A program made the translations under genes and the position numbers. From positions 124,001 through 188,000 of the forward strand of contig MU057700.1 of the NCBI GenBank assembly GCA_013265495.1: a stretch of DNA of 64,000 bases. Direction: 5' to 3'. Within the stretch, counting starts at the first letter, position 1, and the number at the start of each line of letters is the position of its first letter. Below are positions 49,418 to 62,510 of this stretch, piece by piece. Origin of the DNA: Vicugna vicugna. Its lineage: Eukaryota. The notes under the pieces are model-generated. The model ran no database searches. It was not told the DNA's origin and was given only the letters and a program-made list of their open reading frames with translations.

Positions 49418-50794
49418 TCCCCTCTGCAAACAGGAGACATGTGTGTGGACGCAGAGCTGGGGGGAAGATGGCAGGACCTCAGAGATGAGATGTGCCCTGG
49501 CAGAGCTCAGGGATGGAAAGGCCCAGCTTGGAAATGACTTCCCCTGGAAGTGGGCAGTGGGAACAGGAAAAGGGAGTTGCTGTTTTTTGGGATACAGTCT
49601 TAGAGAAATATTCAATTCTTCAGGCTATATGATATACGACTATGATTTGAGACATTTATAAAGAGCCTCTTTCCTCACGCCACTCTGTATCTGAGCCCTC
49701 TGGGCAGATTTCTTGCGGGAGCGCTAAGGTGTTTGCTCACACGTGTCCAGTAGGGCTGGGAGGCTTGTTATAGAATTGCTCTACAATGAAGAAGGACAAG
49801 CTATTCTCTTCCCACTGTGACTCCCCACTAGCCCGTCCTAGGTCCCTGCCTATTAGGGCTCCATGAACCCCTTGGCTCCCTCTCGTGGGCCTCCTACCTG
49901 TGTTCCTGAGTCTAAGCTCCTTAAACTCCAAATCTCTTGGTCCTTGGCTCATAGGTTCTTGGTCCATAGGCTCATAGTCCCTGATCTCAGAGGCCCTCTT
50001 CCTCCTGCCCAAAGTACCCCAACCACCCCTTCCCCAGGACCCTGGCCCTCCCATTTGAAGTTCTGTTTCTTTGTGTTCAGTGACATTGCATCTGAACATC
50101 TGAGCACTGAATTAGGGAGGGGGGTGTGGGGACCTGGAAGTGATGCAGAGACAACAGTTGAGGGTTGTGTGTCATCACCATGGAAACACCCAGTCCTGTG
50201 CTCTGGGCACAGCTTCAGGGAGGCAGGATCAGAGATAGACCAGGAGGGGTGCCTGTCTCCACTCACACAGTGTTTCTCAGAGGCTGCTCTCCTGAAAGCC
50301 CTCATTTCCCCTAATCTTCGCAGAGCATTGGGTCGCTGGGAAGCATCAGGTTCCTGGGGGCTCAGTGAGGAACTGGGGAGCTCCAGGATCGAGGGGCTGC
50401 CCCACTGCTGGTTCAGTGGGCGAGGGAGACAATAGAAGTATCAGATAAGGAGCCCATCACAGCACACCCACAACTGGCAGAATAAACCCCAGCTGAAGGA
50501 GATCATTAGAGGCCCCACAGAGTCAAAGACAGGAGTGAGTGAAGTGAGGGCATTCACTGCTCATCAGAGAAGACCAGACAGTGGAGAAGTGTCTTGGAAT
50601 AGAAATGCGAAAGAAGGCTGGACATGTCGGAAGACCCACATGGCCCAAGAACTCAGCACTTCTGATTCTGGCTTAGAAGAGGCCCAAGTCTTCAAGTTGT
50701 GATGAGGGCAGAGCGTTTAATGAAATAACACCTGTTAAGAAGGACTGGGTGACTTACAGGTTACAGTGTCCAAGGAGCTACAGCCTGGGTCAGT

Positions 50795-51556
50795 TTCTTT
50801 CTTTTTTTCTATTAAAGTCTAGTCAATTTACAATACTGTGTCAATTTCTGGTGTACAGCATACTGTTTCAGTCATACATATACATACATATATTCCCTTT
50901 CAAATTCTTTTTCATTATAGGTTACTATAAGATATTGAATATAGTTTCCTGTGCTATACAGTAGGAACATATTGTTTATTTTATATATAGTAGTTAGTAT
51001 CTGCAAATCTCAAACTCCCAATACAATTTATCCCACTCCATTTCCCCCCAGTAACCATAAGTTTGTTTTCTATGTCTGTGAGTCTGTTTCTGTTTTGTAA
51101 ATAAGTTCATTTGCATCTTTTTGTTATATTCCACATATGACTGGTATCATATGGTATTTTTCTTTCTTTTTATGGCTTACTTCACTTAGAATGATGATCT
51201 CCAGGTCCACCTATGTTGCTGCATATGGCATTATTTTATTATTTTTTATGTCTGAGGAGTATTCCATTGTATAAATATACCACAGCTTCTTAATCCAGTC
51301 GTCTGTCGATGGACATTTAAGTTGTTTCCATGTCTTATCTATTGTAAATAGTGCTGCTATGAACATTGGGGTGCATGTATATTTTCGAATTAGAGTCCCC
51401 TCCAGATATATGCCCAGGACTGTATCATATGGTACGTTTATTTTTAGTTTTTTAAGGAATCTCCGTACTACATTCCATAATGGCTGCACCAAACAACATT
51501 CCCACCAGCAGGGTATGAGGGTTCCCTTTTCTCTACACCCTCTCCAGCATTTATTG
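50795..51556 (-). mobile_element. Young L1 3' end
   Basis: ORF 51211..51603(-) contains L1 ORF2 C-terminal [18 protein letters not shown]. Confidence 0.9.
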
Positions 51557-52290
51557 CTGGGCCAGTTTCTTGATGTCCTGTGGAAGCCAGGGCTTACTAC
51601 CATTTTATTCTTGGAGCTCCACCCTCCTCAAGACTTTGAGTGAACCAACAATGAACTGAGCCAAAGTTTGAAAATATCTGCACAGAAATGCAACAAGTGC
51701 TTAGCAAATGGCTACACTGTGAATAGAAGGCCAGAGCAACAGTTACCTTTGGAAAAACCTGCAAGGCTGGCATCCAAAAGCCAGCTCCCAGAAAATACGT
51801 TCATAAAACTTTTCCAGGAAAACCACATCTGAGTCAAGAAGGCTCTTTTGGCCCACCTCCTGGAATTGGGGAAAGTCCTTCATAATTCATCTGTGATACC
51901 CAAAACCAGTTCTCTGGTTTCTGAATGTGCCTGAGAATGGGTCTCTGCTTCACCTAGGGAATCACCTAGGGGGCCTCAAAAAATGTCAAGTGCGAGGCTG
52001 CACTCACTGGGGCTCCCAAAGGACATGCTAGCCTGCAGGGTCGCAGCCGGTGGGGCAGCCGGAAACACAGTGCTGGGATGGGCAGCGGCCCGGGCCTGAG
52101 ATATGCAGAAAGGAAGAGAGGAATGAAAGACACAAGAAAGTACAGAAATAGGAAAGAACAAGCAAAAACCACCCAAGGAAGTAGAAACACACAAAGAAAG
52201 GAGTCAAGAACTGCAGGAAAAATGACAGAAAACTGGACGCGTCTGGAACGCCGGCAGGTGTCCTGGGGACCAAGAGCCGCTGACCGCCTC

Positions 52291-52310
52291 GCTCCCGCCC
52301 CCTAGTGGCT
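52291..52310 (-). promoter_or_regulatory. Candidate CTCF site
   Basis: Reverse complement GCCACTAGGGGGCGGGAGC is a perfect match to CCASYAGRKGGCRS; CpG-retaining context. Confidence 0.65.
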
Positions 52311-53149
52311 GCAGGACAACTCTGGCGAAAGAAGAGACAAAAGCGACAACTCCTGGTGAGTTTTCACAGAAGCATATCTTAAATTGAAATGTTTCAGAGA
52401 CCAAGCAGCTGGAAATCATTTCCAGGAAGACCTGGGCGGTGGGGTCTCAAGGTAGTGCTTCCTTTCCTCTTCACAGAATAGAATTTTGGCTGCAAGAGTG
52501 GCCTGCCCCAGGCCTCCGCTCCACTTGGGGATTGAGAACTTTAATGTAAGTGTAATTCTTTTCAAGCATATATTTTTAAAAATGATTTCTGGAATTTATT
52601 GTGAAGTTTACAATTTATTTACAAATCTTTACCAAATGTATCTTATGTTTAAGGTTCTTCCTATTTGTGGCTTGTGTGAAAACAAATTTTTCAAAATGAA
52701 AGTTAATGAAAAAGTAAGAATGCTTTTATGTTATTTTATTTTATTTTTAAACCTTTTTTTTTTTTAACTTAAGTGTAGCCAGTTTACAGTGTTGCGTCTA
52801 TTTCTTGTTTTACGTTATTTTAAAGAGGAGAGGCAGCTGCTCACTGAGGGATGGGCACCATTCATTCCCGTCAGAAGGAACTGAGATTTGAAGAATCTGG
52901 AGTTAGTGACCACGTTCCTGCTGGGCGGCCCTTGACCAAAGCACTTTACTCATCATCCCATTTGGCCCTCAGGTGCTGTGAGGCAGGCAACATCCACAAG
53001 GGTTAGTGAGGTTATCACACCACCATCTCCACAGCAAGGATGTTATCAGGAGAGCCAACACCTGGCAGCTTTCAGCGATTGGGCCAGTTCTGTGCACTTG
53101 TTACTTTAATGCAGACACAACTTAGAACCAAGTTTTTGCTTTTAATTTT

Positions 53150-53397
53150 TTAATTCTTATTTTTTGTTGAAGTGTAGTTGATTTATATTGTTAGTTTCAG
53201 GTGTATAGCAAAGCGATTCAGTTATACATATACATATATTTTTTCATATGTATTTTCAGATTCTCTTCCATTACAGCTCATTACAAGAAATTGAATATAG
53301 TTCCCTGTGCTACACAGTAGGTCCTTGTTGTTTATCTATTTTATATATAGTAATGCAAATCTGTTAATCTCAAACTCCTAATCTGTCTCTCCCTCCT
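53150..53397 (-). mobile_element. L1 3'UTR fragment
   Basis: Nearly the same text as 30725-30990. Confidence 0.85.
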
Positions 53398-54044
53398 CAT
53401 CATGTTCTTTTCAAATCACCTGGCTGAAGGTGGACAGGGCAGAGAGGTGAAGAGAGTGACCTCAGGGCCAGTGGGGGAACCCAATGTCTTGCACCCTGAG
53501 GCCAGCCCTGACTCCCTGGGCCCAGGGCCACCTGCCGTCCCCAGTACCCCTCCAGCCACCTCCTGGAGGCAGCACTCCTGCCTTCACATCCTCTTGATGC
53601 TCTTGTGGGGCCCCCTGGCCAGGGAAGATGTTTGTGTCCTTCTTCCTGGGCACTTTTGTGTTGACACAGTGGTAGGGACATCCTTACCTCAGAACGAGCC
53701 TGCCCTGTGCACCGTCAGGCTAACCCCAATGAACCACAAGGCTCCTGACAGTCTGGTTTAGCTGGTGTCTGAAAGACCCAGAGTTTCCAAGACCAAGCTG
53801 GCTGACCCCTGGGTGAGCAGTTGTCCTCATTGCCTGGGACCTGGGCTATTTGGCTGACTCTTGGCAGTGAACTGATTTCTTCTGCAAGCCCCGAACTATC
53901 TTCCCAATGGACCACCTGACCAGCAGCTTTCTGGTTAACTAACCTCCTGTTACCAGCTGCCCATCTGAAGGCTGTGCTGTCTGAGCCAGGAGGCCTGGAG
54001 AACACCGGCAGCCCCTTCCTCATGCTCTGACTCTGTTGATGTCT

Positions 54045-54250
54045 CAGGGGTCCCTAACAGTCTTACTGGAGAAACAGCCTTAACTTGTGGCCCATGGTAC
54101 CAAAGGATGCCTGACATCACATTGTCCTGTGTGTGGAGGTGAGGTATTCAGAATTGTGTGTAGGAGACAATGTGCATTTTCTGAGGACATGACACAGCAC
54201 TGTTCAGTTCTCAAAGGGTCCGTGACCCATGAGAGGTTAAGAACCACTTA
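54045..54250. mobile_element. hAT-Charlie-type non-autonomous DNA transposon remnant
   Basis: caggggtccctaac...ttctcaaagggtccgtgaccc..aggttaagaaccact termini. Confidence 0.5.
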
Positions 54251-55319
54251 TCTAAGGAGACCCGGCCTGCTCTGGAAGGCCCGACATTGACTCTGTCTGG
54301 ATCCCTTTTCATTTATGTTCCCAGAAGCCAGAGGGACAAGGAAGGGACTTACAGGGAATCTTGAGGCCTGGGCTGGGGGGATGAGGGTGTGGGAGGTGGG
54401 TCAGGACCCTGTGGCCTTCTGGGTCCATCCAGGATCCTGCACAAATGACTTAATGACCCCATCATAGCTTCAAGGGTCCACGTACGGCACTGCTATGGGT
54501 GGGTAGGGGTTCCCAGAGAGGGTCTAAATCTTCACTGTGGGCCTGGGCTAGCCCAAGACAGAGCAGCCTGAGGCTGACACCTGCTGTAATTTGCCTTGAC
54601 GTGGCTACGCATATACTCATGCCGAATGTTGAGTTTGTACCCATCTTACTTTGGGACTCTCCCTAGATCCCTTGATCTCAATTCCTTGTCACGAATCAGC
54701 TGGTTTCCAGAGCAAATGGACTCAAACATTAGGTGACTTTTTAGATGCAAACATCACAGCAAACCAAGCATCTGATATCAAATTCTCCCTATCATGTTGT
54801 ACCTTAATGATCCTGGGACTTTGGTAGGAGGTAGCATCATTGTGCCTGGCTTTGCATGAGCAGGAACTTGGAAGGCGGTGGGTCAGGGAGTAGGTGGAGC
54901 CTATTTGGAGGCTGTGTCACTTTCACAAATCTTATAAGACATTTTTCTTTGGCTTTAGACCTAGCTAATGAGCTATATGCTATGAATGCCATTGCCTGAG
55001 ACCTAATTTTTCTTTACAAGTGGTGCCAGAATGTTACAGCCCTATTGGGCTACCCCATAGGGACATTTTGATGAAAACACAGACCATTAAGTGGTTCCCA
55101 GTGACTGGGATTGGATTTGGGGCACAAATCCTTCTTGTTCCTACTCACAGACTGGATGGGAACACGTTGCCTGCTTCCAGGATTGTCCCTGACATTGCTC
55201 CCTGCCCATCCTGGCCCACCAGTTTCTCCTCTAGGAGAAAAGAGATTAGATAACTAAATTCATTTAAAAGTAAAAATGCCCCCCAAATCTATGATAAGTA
55301 AAATGGCAACATTTAATAT

Positions 55320-55407
55320 ATTTAAATTTTAATGGAGACACTGGGGATTGAACCCAGGACCTTGTGCATGCTAAATATACACTCTACCACTAAGCTATTT
55401 CCTCCCC
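55320..55407 (-). mobile_element. tRNA-Ala-derived SINE
   Basis: SINE body on the reverse strand. Confidence 0.87.
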
Positions 55408-55535
55408 ACCAAATATCAACATTTTAAATAAGGGAGGACCAGTAACAGTGCCTCGCTGAGCCATATTGGAATTTGCTAAAGGAAAAGTCAGGAATGCTGC
55501 TCCTATTTTTAGGATGTTTTGCTCATCATGGATGT

Positions 55536-55560
55536 TGATGATGATGATGATGATGATGAT
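55536..55560. repeat. (GAT)n microsatellite
   Basis: tgatgatgatgatgatgatgatgat. Confidence 0.9.
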
Positions 55561-56504
55561 TTTGCGTTGGTTTGCCATATTCTCCTCACCCTAGCCCTGC
55601 ATAAAATTGGGCAGGTGATGGTTCAAAACAGAGGGCCTTAGTTCTACCAGTGGTTTATCAAGAGGATCATAGGGTGTTTTGGAGGAAAAGGCAGTACTTA
55701 CATTCCTGCACAGCTGTCTGGGATTTTCAATATTACTAAAAACATCCAGGAAAAAAGAAAAAGAAGGAGGAGGAGGAAAGTTGCTGTTCCCAAAATGACC
55801 CAATAAACAACCATCCAGCAAAGGAAGCAGAGAGACTGCAGAGAAACTGAAATGGCCACCACTGGTGACACTCAGATTGCCTGAAGATGGACAGGTTTAG
55901 CCCCAGGTATGAGAGACTGTCCTTCAAACCATAGGGGAACTCTTGTAAACAGCTTTATTGTTCATTCCATCAACTTCCGGAAAGACCCAAGAACTCTTCA
56001 ATGGAAAGCAGGACATAGTTTAGACACCAGACTCTGAACCCTGGCTGGTGTGTACTCCAACCCTAAACTAGGATATCATGACGTATGTAGTTTTAAGTCC
56101 TTGAACTGAAAGAACCATCCTAGACCGGATTTCTAAATCTCAAAACATCTCGGCCTTGCCTTTTCCCACCAACATGCCCCAACAACCTTTCTCAGTCTCA
56201 TCAAAAGAAAGGAAGGAACAAAGTGGGTGAGGGGGCAAGGGGGAAAAAGAGGAATAAAAGAAATGAAGACAAAAAATAATAGGTATGTCAGATGAGTTCC
56301 TTTCTGGTCTTGATCTTTTATTATGCAGAGTAAAGAGAAGTTAGAAGAAAAATAATCACCCAGGATGCAATCATTTGGGGGAATTAAATTTTCTTTTTCT
56401 TCTTCTTTCTGGTGTCTGTTAAAACCGCTAATAATTTAAAATAATCTGAAGAGACCATAAGCACATTTTTATATTACCCCAATTTTAATTTTTATTTATT
56501 CTTA

Positions 56505-56828
56505 TTTTTTAAATTTTTATTTATTTATTATTAATAGACTTTATTTTTTAGAGCAGTTTCAGGTTCACAGCAGAATTGAGCAGAAAATAGAGAGTTTGCA
56601 CATAGCCCTCCCCAGCCCCACATATATACTCCCCTACCCTCAACATCCCTCATCAGTGTGGCATATTTGGTACAATTGATGAACCAACATGGACACATTA
56701 TTATCAATCAAAGTTCTTAGTTCACATTAGGGCTCACTCTTGATGTTTTACTTTCTACAGGTTTTGACAAATGCATAATGACATGTAGCCACCACTGTAA
56801 TATCATACAGAACAATTTCATTGTCCTT
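56505..56828 (-). mobile_element. L1MC-type 3' end
   Basis: Reverse-complement homolog of 9835-10140. Confidence 0.8.
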
Positions 56829-58414
56829 CACCTTTTAAATGATATAGAAGTGGAAAAATGCTGAAGCCACATCCAGCAGAGGCAGACGGAGTATAGCAAT
56901 GTCTGTGCTGGCTCAGGAGGGAGTGTGTCATCCCTGAGCTTAATTTGAGAACAAAACTGAGATTTCAGTGAAAGCTGTCCCTCTAATCTCAATGTCTTCT
57001 TCACAACATTCAGAGTATTTCCTGACATTAATACTCAAAAGAAATTTGAGTGGTATGCTCAAGATCTCAAGAATAAGACTTAAGTAGAAATAACCATCAC
57101 AATTTACAGTTGAAGAAGCAGAAATCTAGAGACAAAAATATTAGTATATGTCTTCAAAAGATTAGTATATACCCCATATAGAAACATCACCATTTACAAT
57201 CCAATAGACTTCCAGCAAGTGACATCGTTTTTGGACTCATTTTCATCCCCTGAAGAACTGAGATGCTATCTCTGCAGCATTTCTTCCTAATTAGGCATGG
57301 GACCGCCATGTTCCCACCCCAAAGGCTATCTTTCCCAGCATCCCCAGCAGCTGGATTTCCTGTATAGTCCCCGTGACTGCATTTCAGCCCATGATCTGTA
57401 CAGAAAAGACTGGTTTCTGAGCAGGCTTCTTAATAGGGAGGGTATGCACCCTTCTCCTCTTCCTTCTCTTTGCTGCCCAGAATATGTATGTGATGGCTGG
57501 AGCTCTAGTAGCAACTCTGGGCCATGTAGCCCTAGGATGACAGTGCAGAGAAGAACTGTGGGCTATATTTCTGAGGATAAATTAAGTCCTATCTATGTAC
57601 ACATTACAGATCCTTGGGGTTTGTTTGGGGGGTGCATTTAATTCTTACTGCTAAAGCCTCCTTGTTGGAGTTGCCATGTGGACGTCCAGGGGGATATCTC
57701 CACATTGGCCCGTGTGGCGCACGTCTGAGAGAAAGCCTTAAAGGCTGTACCACGTGTACCATGACTAAACTAAGCATTGGGCGATTTTAGGCAATTGCCA
57801 CTTTTTTCTACTGCTTGACATTTTAGTTCATACTGATTTCCTACAATCAACAAGAATTACATAACAAAGTCTAAGAAGGAAAAGAGAAAATGGGGAAGGT
57901 CGGACAATTCACAGACCAGAAATGTACATTTAGCCTCCATGAAAAAATGTTCAGCTTCTTGGGTTATTAAATGAAAACCCAAATCCTGAGATTCTCCATC
58001 TCAGTTCTCATGGAAACAGACTATATTTACAAAATAGTACCCAGGATAATAGAAGGCACTGTGAGTCCATCTGTCACAAATATATATAACACCTTCCCAC
58101 TGAGGCACAGAGTGAGCGGGGGTGGGAGGAGCAGGCGGGGGCGAGAGAGTTTGCTAGAGCTCTTGTGGCGGGAAAGAAATGGATACTGTTAAGTTTAAGA
58201 AGTAAATATAAGTTGGATCTTCAGGAAAACCACCATAAAAAAACAGTACATTGCCTTAAATCACCAGGAGAAAAAAACTCCAAAACTTGATCTGTCTAAG
58301 AGAAGTATGAAAGAAAAATGAACAGACAAAAACCTCTTAGCAAGCTAGATCTGTAAGGGAACTTCCTTTTCTTGTTAAAGGTTACAAACCAGAATCTATA
58401 ATGTTTACTTACTC

Positions 58415-58508
58415 TTATTTTTTAGGTTTTTTTTTTGGGTGGGGAGGGAAGTTATTAACCTTGTGCGTGCTGAGCATGCACTCTACAACTTTGAGCTATA
58501 CCCTCCCC
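58415..58508 (-). mobile_element. tRNA-Ala-derived SINE, internally deleted
   Basis: accttgtgcgtgctgagcatgcactctacaactttgagctataccctcccc; the B-box part is missing. Confidence 0.75.
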
Positions 58509-58711
58509 TTAACATCTACTTAGTTTAAAACTTTAGGAACGATCTCTTTTAAAACCAAGCACAAGATCCGATGTCCACACCATAGCTCCATAGTTAAGCG
58601 TAGTTCCAGAGCCTGGAAAAACTCTAGGATAGGAAAGAGGGAGAAAGCATGAGAGTGGGAGAGGATGGATGATCTGACAGAGAGATAGGAATGAGAGCAA
58701 AGAATAAAAAG

Positions 58712-58870
58712 AGGGGAGGGGAGGATATAGCTCAAATGGTAGAGTGCACGCTTAGCAGGCATGAGGTGCTGGGTTCAATCCCCAGTACCCTTCCCAAAAT
58801 AAATAAACCCACTTACCTCTCCCCAATCAAATAACACAATAACAAATGAAATATTTTTTTAAAAAAGAAA
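58712..58870 (+). mobile_element. tRNA-Ala-derived SINE
   Basis: ggatatagctcaaatggtagagtgcacgcttagc..ctgggttcaatccccagtacc. Confidence 0.88.
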
Positions 58871-59406
58871 GGGAGTAACATCGATGTTACTTACAGGCAA
58901 TATGATCATCTATTAAGAACACCCACCAAATAAAACAACTATTTCTATATTTTGTCTAAGTTTTGTGAGGCCCCTCCTTAATCCGGGTGTCCTCTTCCTG
59001 TGGACATGCTTGGGGCTGACTTTAGAGAAGGAGGTAGGAAATGCCCAGACCATGGTGGTTCCCGCCGTAGCAAAGTGTTGGTTTCCACCTCTGGCATCCT
59101 AGGGGCAGCATAAGAGGTGGAAAGACTTGGGACTACCCCAGCTCCTAAAGTCAGCTTTTCTATTTTTACTGTTGTTAATACCCTTCCTAGCAGTACAAAA
59201 ATATTGTATGTGTGTGTCATTCGCTTTACACACACACACAACCCTACCTTGACCAAAGAAGTCAAATAAACTGGAACCGGAAAAGTATTTACTGATATTT
59301 CATATTGTGGGCCATTAACTGCCTCTTAGGTTTTACATCAGAAAGGTTGGTAACTGTATAACTGTGTGCCCATCTTAGAGGAGAAAATATCAAGTGTATG
59401 TATGTA

Positions 59407-59606
59407 CAGTTGGCCTTCCGTATCCAAGGGTCCCGCCTCGGTGTATTCAGCCAATTCCAATCAATTGCTTGAATCAGTGGATGTCGAACTAGCAATCAGG
59501 AGTGCTGACTACAACGCCATTCTATAGAGGGGACTTGAGCCTCTGCAGATCTGGGTATCTGTGGGGGTCCTGGGATCAATCCCCTGCAGACACCAGAGGA
59601 TGAATG
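59407..59606. mobile_element. MER2/Tigger-type DNA transposon remnant
   Basis: TA|cagttggccttccgtatcc...gggacttgagc..ggtatctgtgggggtcctgg..aatcccctgcagacacc terminal sequences. Confidence 0.75.
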
Positions 59607-60836
59607 TGTTTCACAAGAAGCAAAGCCAAACACCAACAACAGCCAAAGGAAACTCCAATTTACCTCCTCTGGGGTCAGTTCCAGGATTTGTGTTTGGAAA
59701 TTCAAAGACCAATCAATGCATGATACCAGTGATTGTTTCCAGGAACTGAGCCCAGTGAAAGTGAAGGCATTTATAGTTAAAGAAAACCCTGGTGAGATGT
59801 TTGCATCTTTGTAATGATTTCCTTTGGTGGGCACTTCCTGCCTTTCTAGGATGGATTAGAGGTAAATTGATGGCACACCGCGAGGTAAGCACTTAGCTCT
59901 GTGCCTGATAGAGGCTGAGATTTCAGTTCTCACAGGCTCAGATCACACAAGTGGCTACGTGTCACACGGCCAGCCTCTCCAGTACTCAAGGGAAACCAAG
60001 ACGGTGTCAGGCAGCAGCTGGGCTGCACGGGTGGAGTGGTGGGGACTTCAGCATTTCATGCCATCTGCTTGGTGAGCAAGTAGACAGACACCCCTGTTGC
60101 CAGGAAACATATGTAACAAAGAAGCCAAGTCATTAACAAGCTAATTTATAATGTAAACCCAATCATTTGAGTAAATAAAGTTAAATGTTAATCTGTCAGG
60201 CCAAAGGCAGATTGAGATGCACAGTTATTAAAAAATTATTAAATAAATGGCAAGTCTTATACAAAAGGAAAAAAGAAATTGGAGCAGAACTTGGGACTGT
60301 CATAAAATATTAAGTCTCATCATTATGCTGTACACCAGAGACTGACACATTGTAACTGACTATACTTCAATTAAAAAAAAAAAGATTAGGTCTCATGAAA
60401 GGTAATAATAATAAGAATAAGGCTTAGGTAAAAACACACGTGCACCCTAGTGTTCATAGCAGCACTATATACAATAGCCAAAACATGGAAGCAACCTAAA
60501 TGTCCATTGACAGATGACTGGATAAAAAGTTGTGGTATGTTTATAAAATGAAATACTACTCAGTGATAAAAGAGAATAAAATAATGCCATTTGGAGCAAC
60601 ATAATTGGACTTGGAGGGGACTAAACGGCTTTGTTTAGATGGTCTAGATGGATAACATCATAGAGCCTGGGGGCAACATCAGTGTCCTTCAACAGAAGAA
60701 TAGAGAAAGTAAATTGTGTACAGTTACTAAAGTGGAATGCCATTCAGCAGGGAGAAAAATGAACAGATGTCACCACTTCCTCCAACTTGGAGCAATCTCT
60801 CAAATAGAATGTTGGCTAAGAAAAGTAAATCAAAAC

Positions 60837-60990
60837 GGGAGAGGGTATAGCTCAAGTGGTAGAGCGCATGCTTAACATACATAAGATCCTGGGTTCAATC
60901 CCCAGTACCTCCTCTAAAAGCAAATAAATAAGTTAGCCTAATTACCTCCCCCCTAAATAAAAAATTTAAAAAAGAAAAGAAAAGAAAACC
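60837..60990 (+). mobile_element. tRNA-Ala-derived SINE
   Basis: gagggtatagctcaagtggtagagcgcatgctta..cctgggttcaatccccagtacctcc. Confidence 0.9.
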
Positions 60991-61699
60991 ACAGAAAACA
61001 AAAAAGAAAATCAAGTCATAGAAGGTAGAGAGCATAAAACCACTTCTCTGAAAGTCCAGTAGATATGAAATTACTTAATATAATGTGTAGGTATAAAAAA
61101 AGATATTGAACATTTATGAATAACAGGTGATTAGTAAGCACACATTTAGGGTCATGGTTGCTTTGGGGTGGGGGCACCACGAGGGCTCCAAAGATGGTGA
61201 TAACCCCTGACTTTGTAACCTGAGTGCCAGATACACTGATCTTGGTTCCATTTTCTTCAATATCTTAGATATACATTTCATGTTTCATATATTCTCTCAG
61301 GTGCCAGGTATTTCATTTTTCTGAGACAGAAAAAAATAATCACACTTTACAACCCTGACTAGCCCTCGGCCCTCCTCCATGTGAACCTTCTGCAAAACGC
61401 TGGTTCAGAAACCACCTCAAAGGACATGAGTTATCAAAAATGAACCAGAAAAAGATCTACACAAAGATATTGCAGGAGGAAAGGGAAGGAAGATGAAACA
61501 CAATTGACCAAGAACACTCAGAAAAACGTTGCTGCAAGACCCACAAAAGGGAAGACCAACATTTTCCATTGACATTTAAGGAAGTGAAAGTCCAGCGCTA
61601 CCGTATCGGAAAGCACAGGTCTATAGTGACATTTCACACCCTACCTATTCCCAACCCACCCCACTTGTCTCCTCTTCCCACTTTTTTACCAGGACTTCT

Positions 61700-62510
61700 T
61701 TCCTCAAGGCCACCGATGATTGTGTATTGTCAAGTCTGATGATCATGGTTCTGTCCTTTTTTATCTCCTCAGTTGTGTTTGACCCAATTGATCAGACCTT
61801 CATTCTGAAGCATTCTCTGTCTAGCTCCAATGACTCTCCCATTTTTATCCTTCTGTACCACTTCCCTACTCCATCTCCTTGGTTGGCCTTTTTCTCTGCT
61901 TGAACTCTTAGTGTCTGAATGCCCCAAATATTCATCTTATGCCCTTTACACTTTGTCTACTTCTTCCACATGATCTCATCTGGTTACTATTAGATACCAT
62001 CTATGTGCTGATGAGAACCAATGTTGTGTCTCCAGCCCTGTCCTCTCCACTGACTCTGAACATTCATATCCAATTGCTTACTTTACATATCCATGTGGGT
62101 TTCAGTAAGCATCTCAAACTTAATACCTCCAAAATAGAATGTTTAATTTCCCCACAATCTGTTCTTTCAGCTTTTCTATTCCAAGAAATGCACCCCCTCC
62201 ACCCATTTGCTCAAGATGAAAACCTGGGAATCTTTGCCCCACCATCAATGCTGCTGAATTTACCTGCCAAATGCATCCACACCCATGTCTTCTGTCTCTA
62301 CTGCTAGGGGTACATGACTTTAAGTCCCCATCCTTGCCCCTGAGTTATGTCAATAACCTCACCATTGCTTCTTCTCTTGCCCCACACTACATATGATATC
62401 TGCACAGCAACCAGAAAGAGCTTGCAAAATTGCAAACATTTTCGAAAATGTTTTTTAAAATCCTCCAGTGGCTTTCTCTTGCACTTAAAATATGCAAGAG
62501 AAAGTGAGTC
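61700..62510. mobile_element. L2 fragment
   Basis: tcaaggccaccgatga..ataccatctatgtgctgatga..catatccaattgcttact..agcatctcaaacttaata is L2-type text. Confidence 0.7.

Noticed and set aside
52078..52305. Basic 75-aa ORF (MGSGPGLRYAERK...)
   Set aside because: Composition is explained by the purine-rich run; no recognisable homology or codon evidence
9835..56828. Inverted similarity between 9835-10140 and 56505-56828
   Set aside because: Two independent copies of the same L1MC 3' end, not a segmental duplication
11520..60990. tRNA-Ala-like sequences as real tRNA genes
   Set aside because: Many diverged copies with A-rich tails and TSDs, and substitutions in the stems or anticodon: these are SINEs, not functional tRNAs
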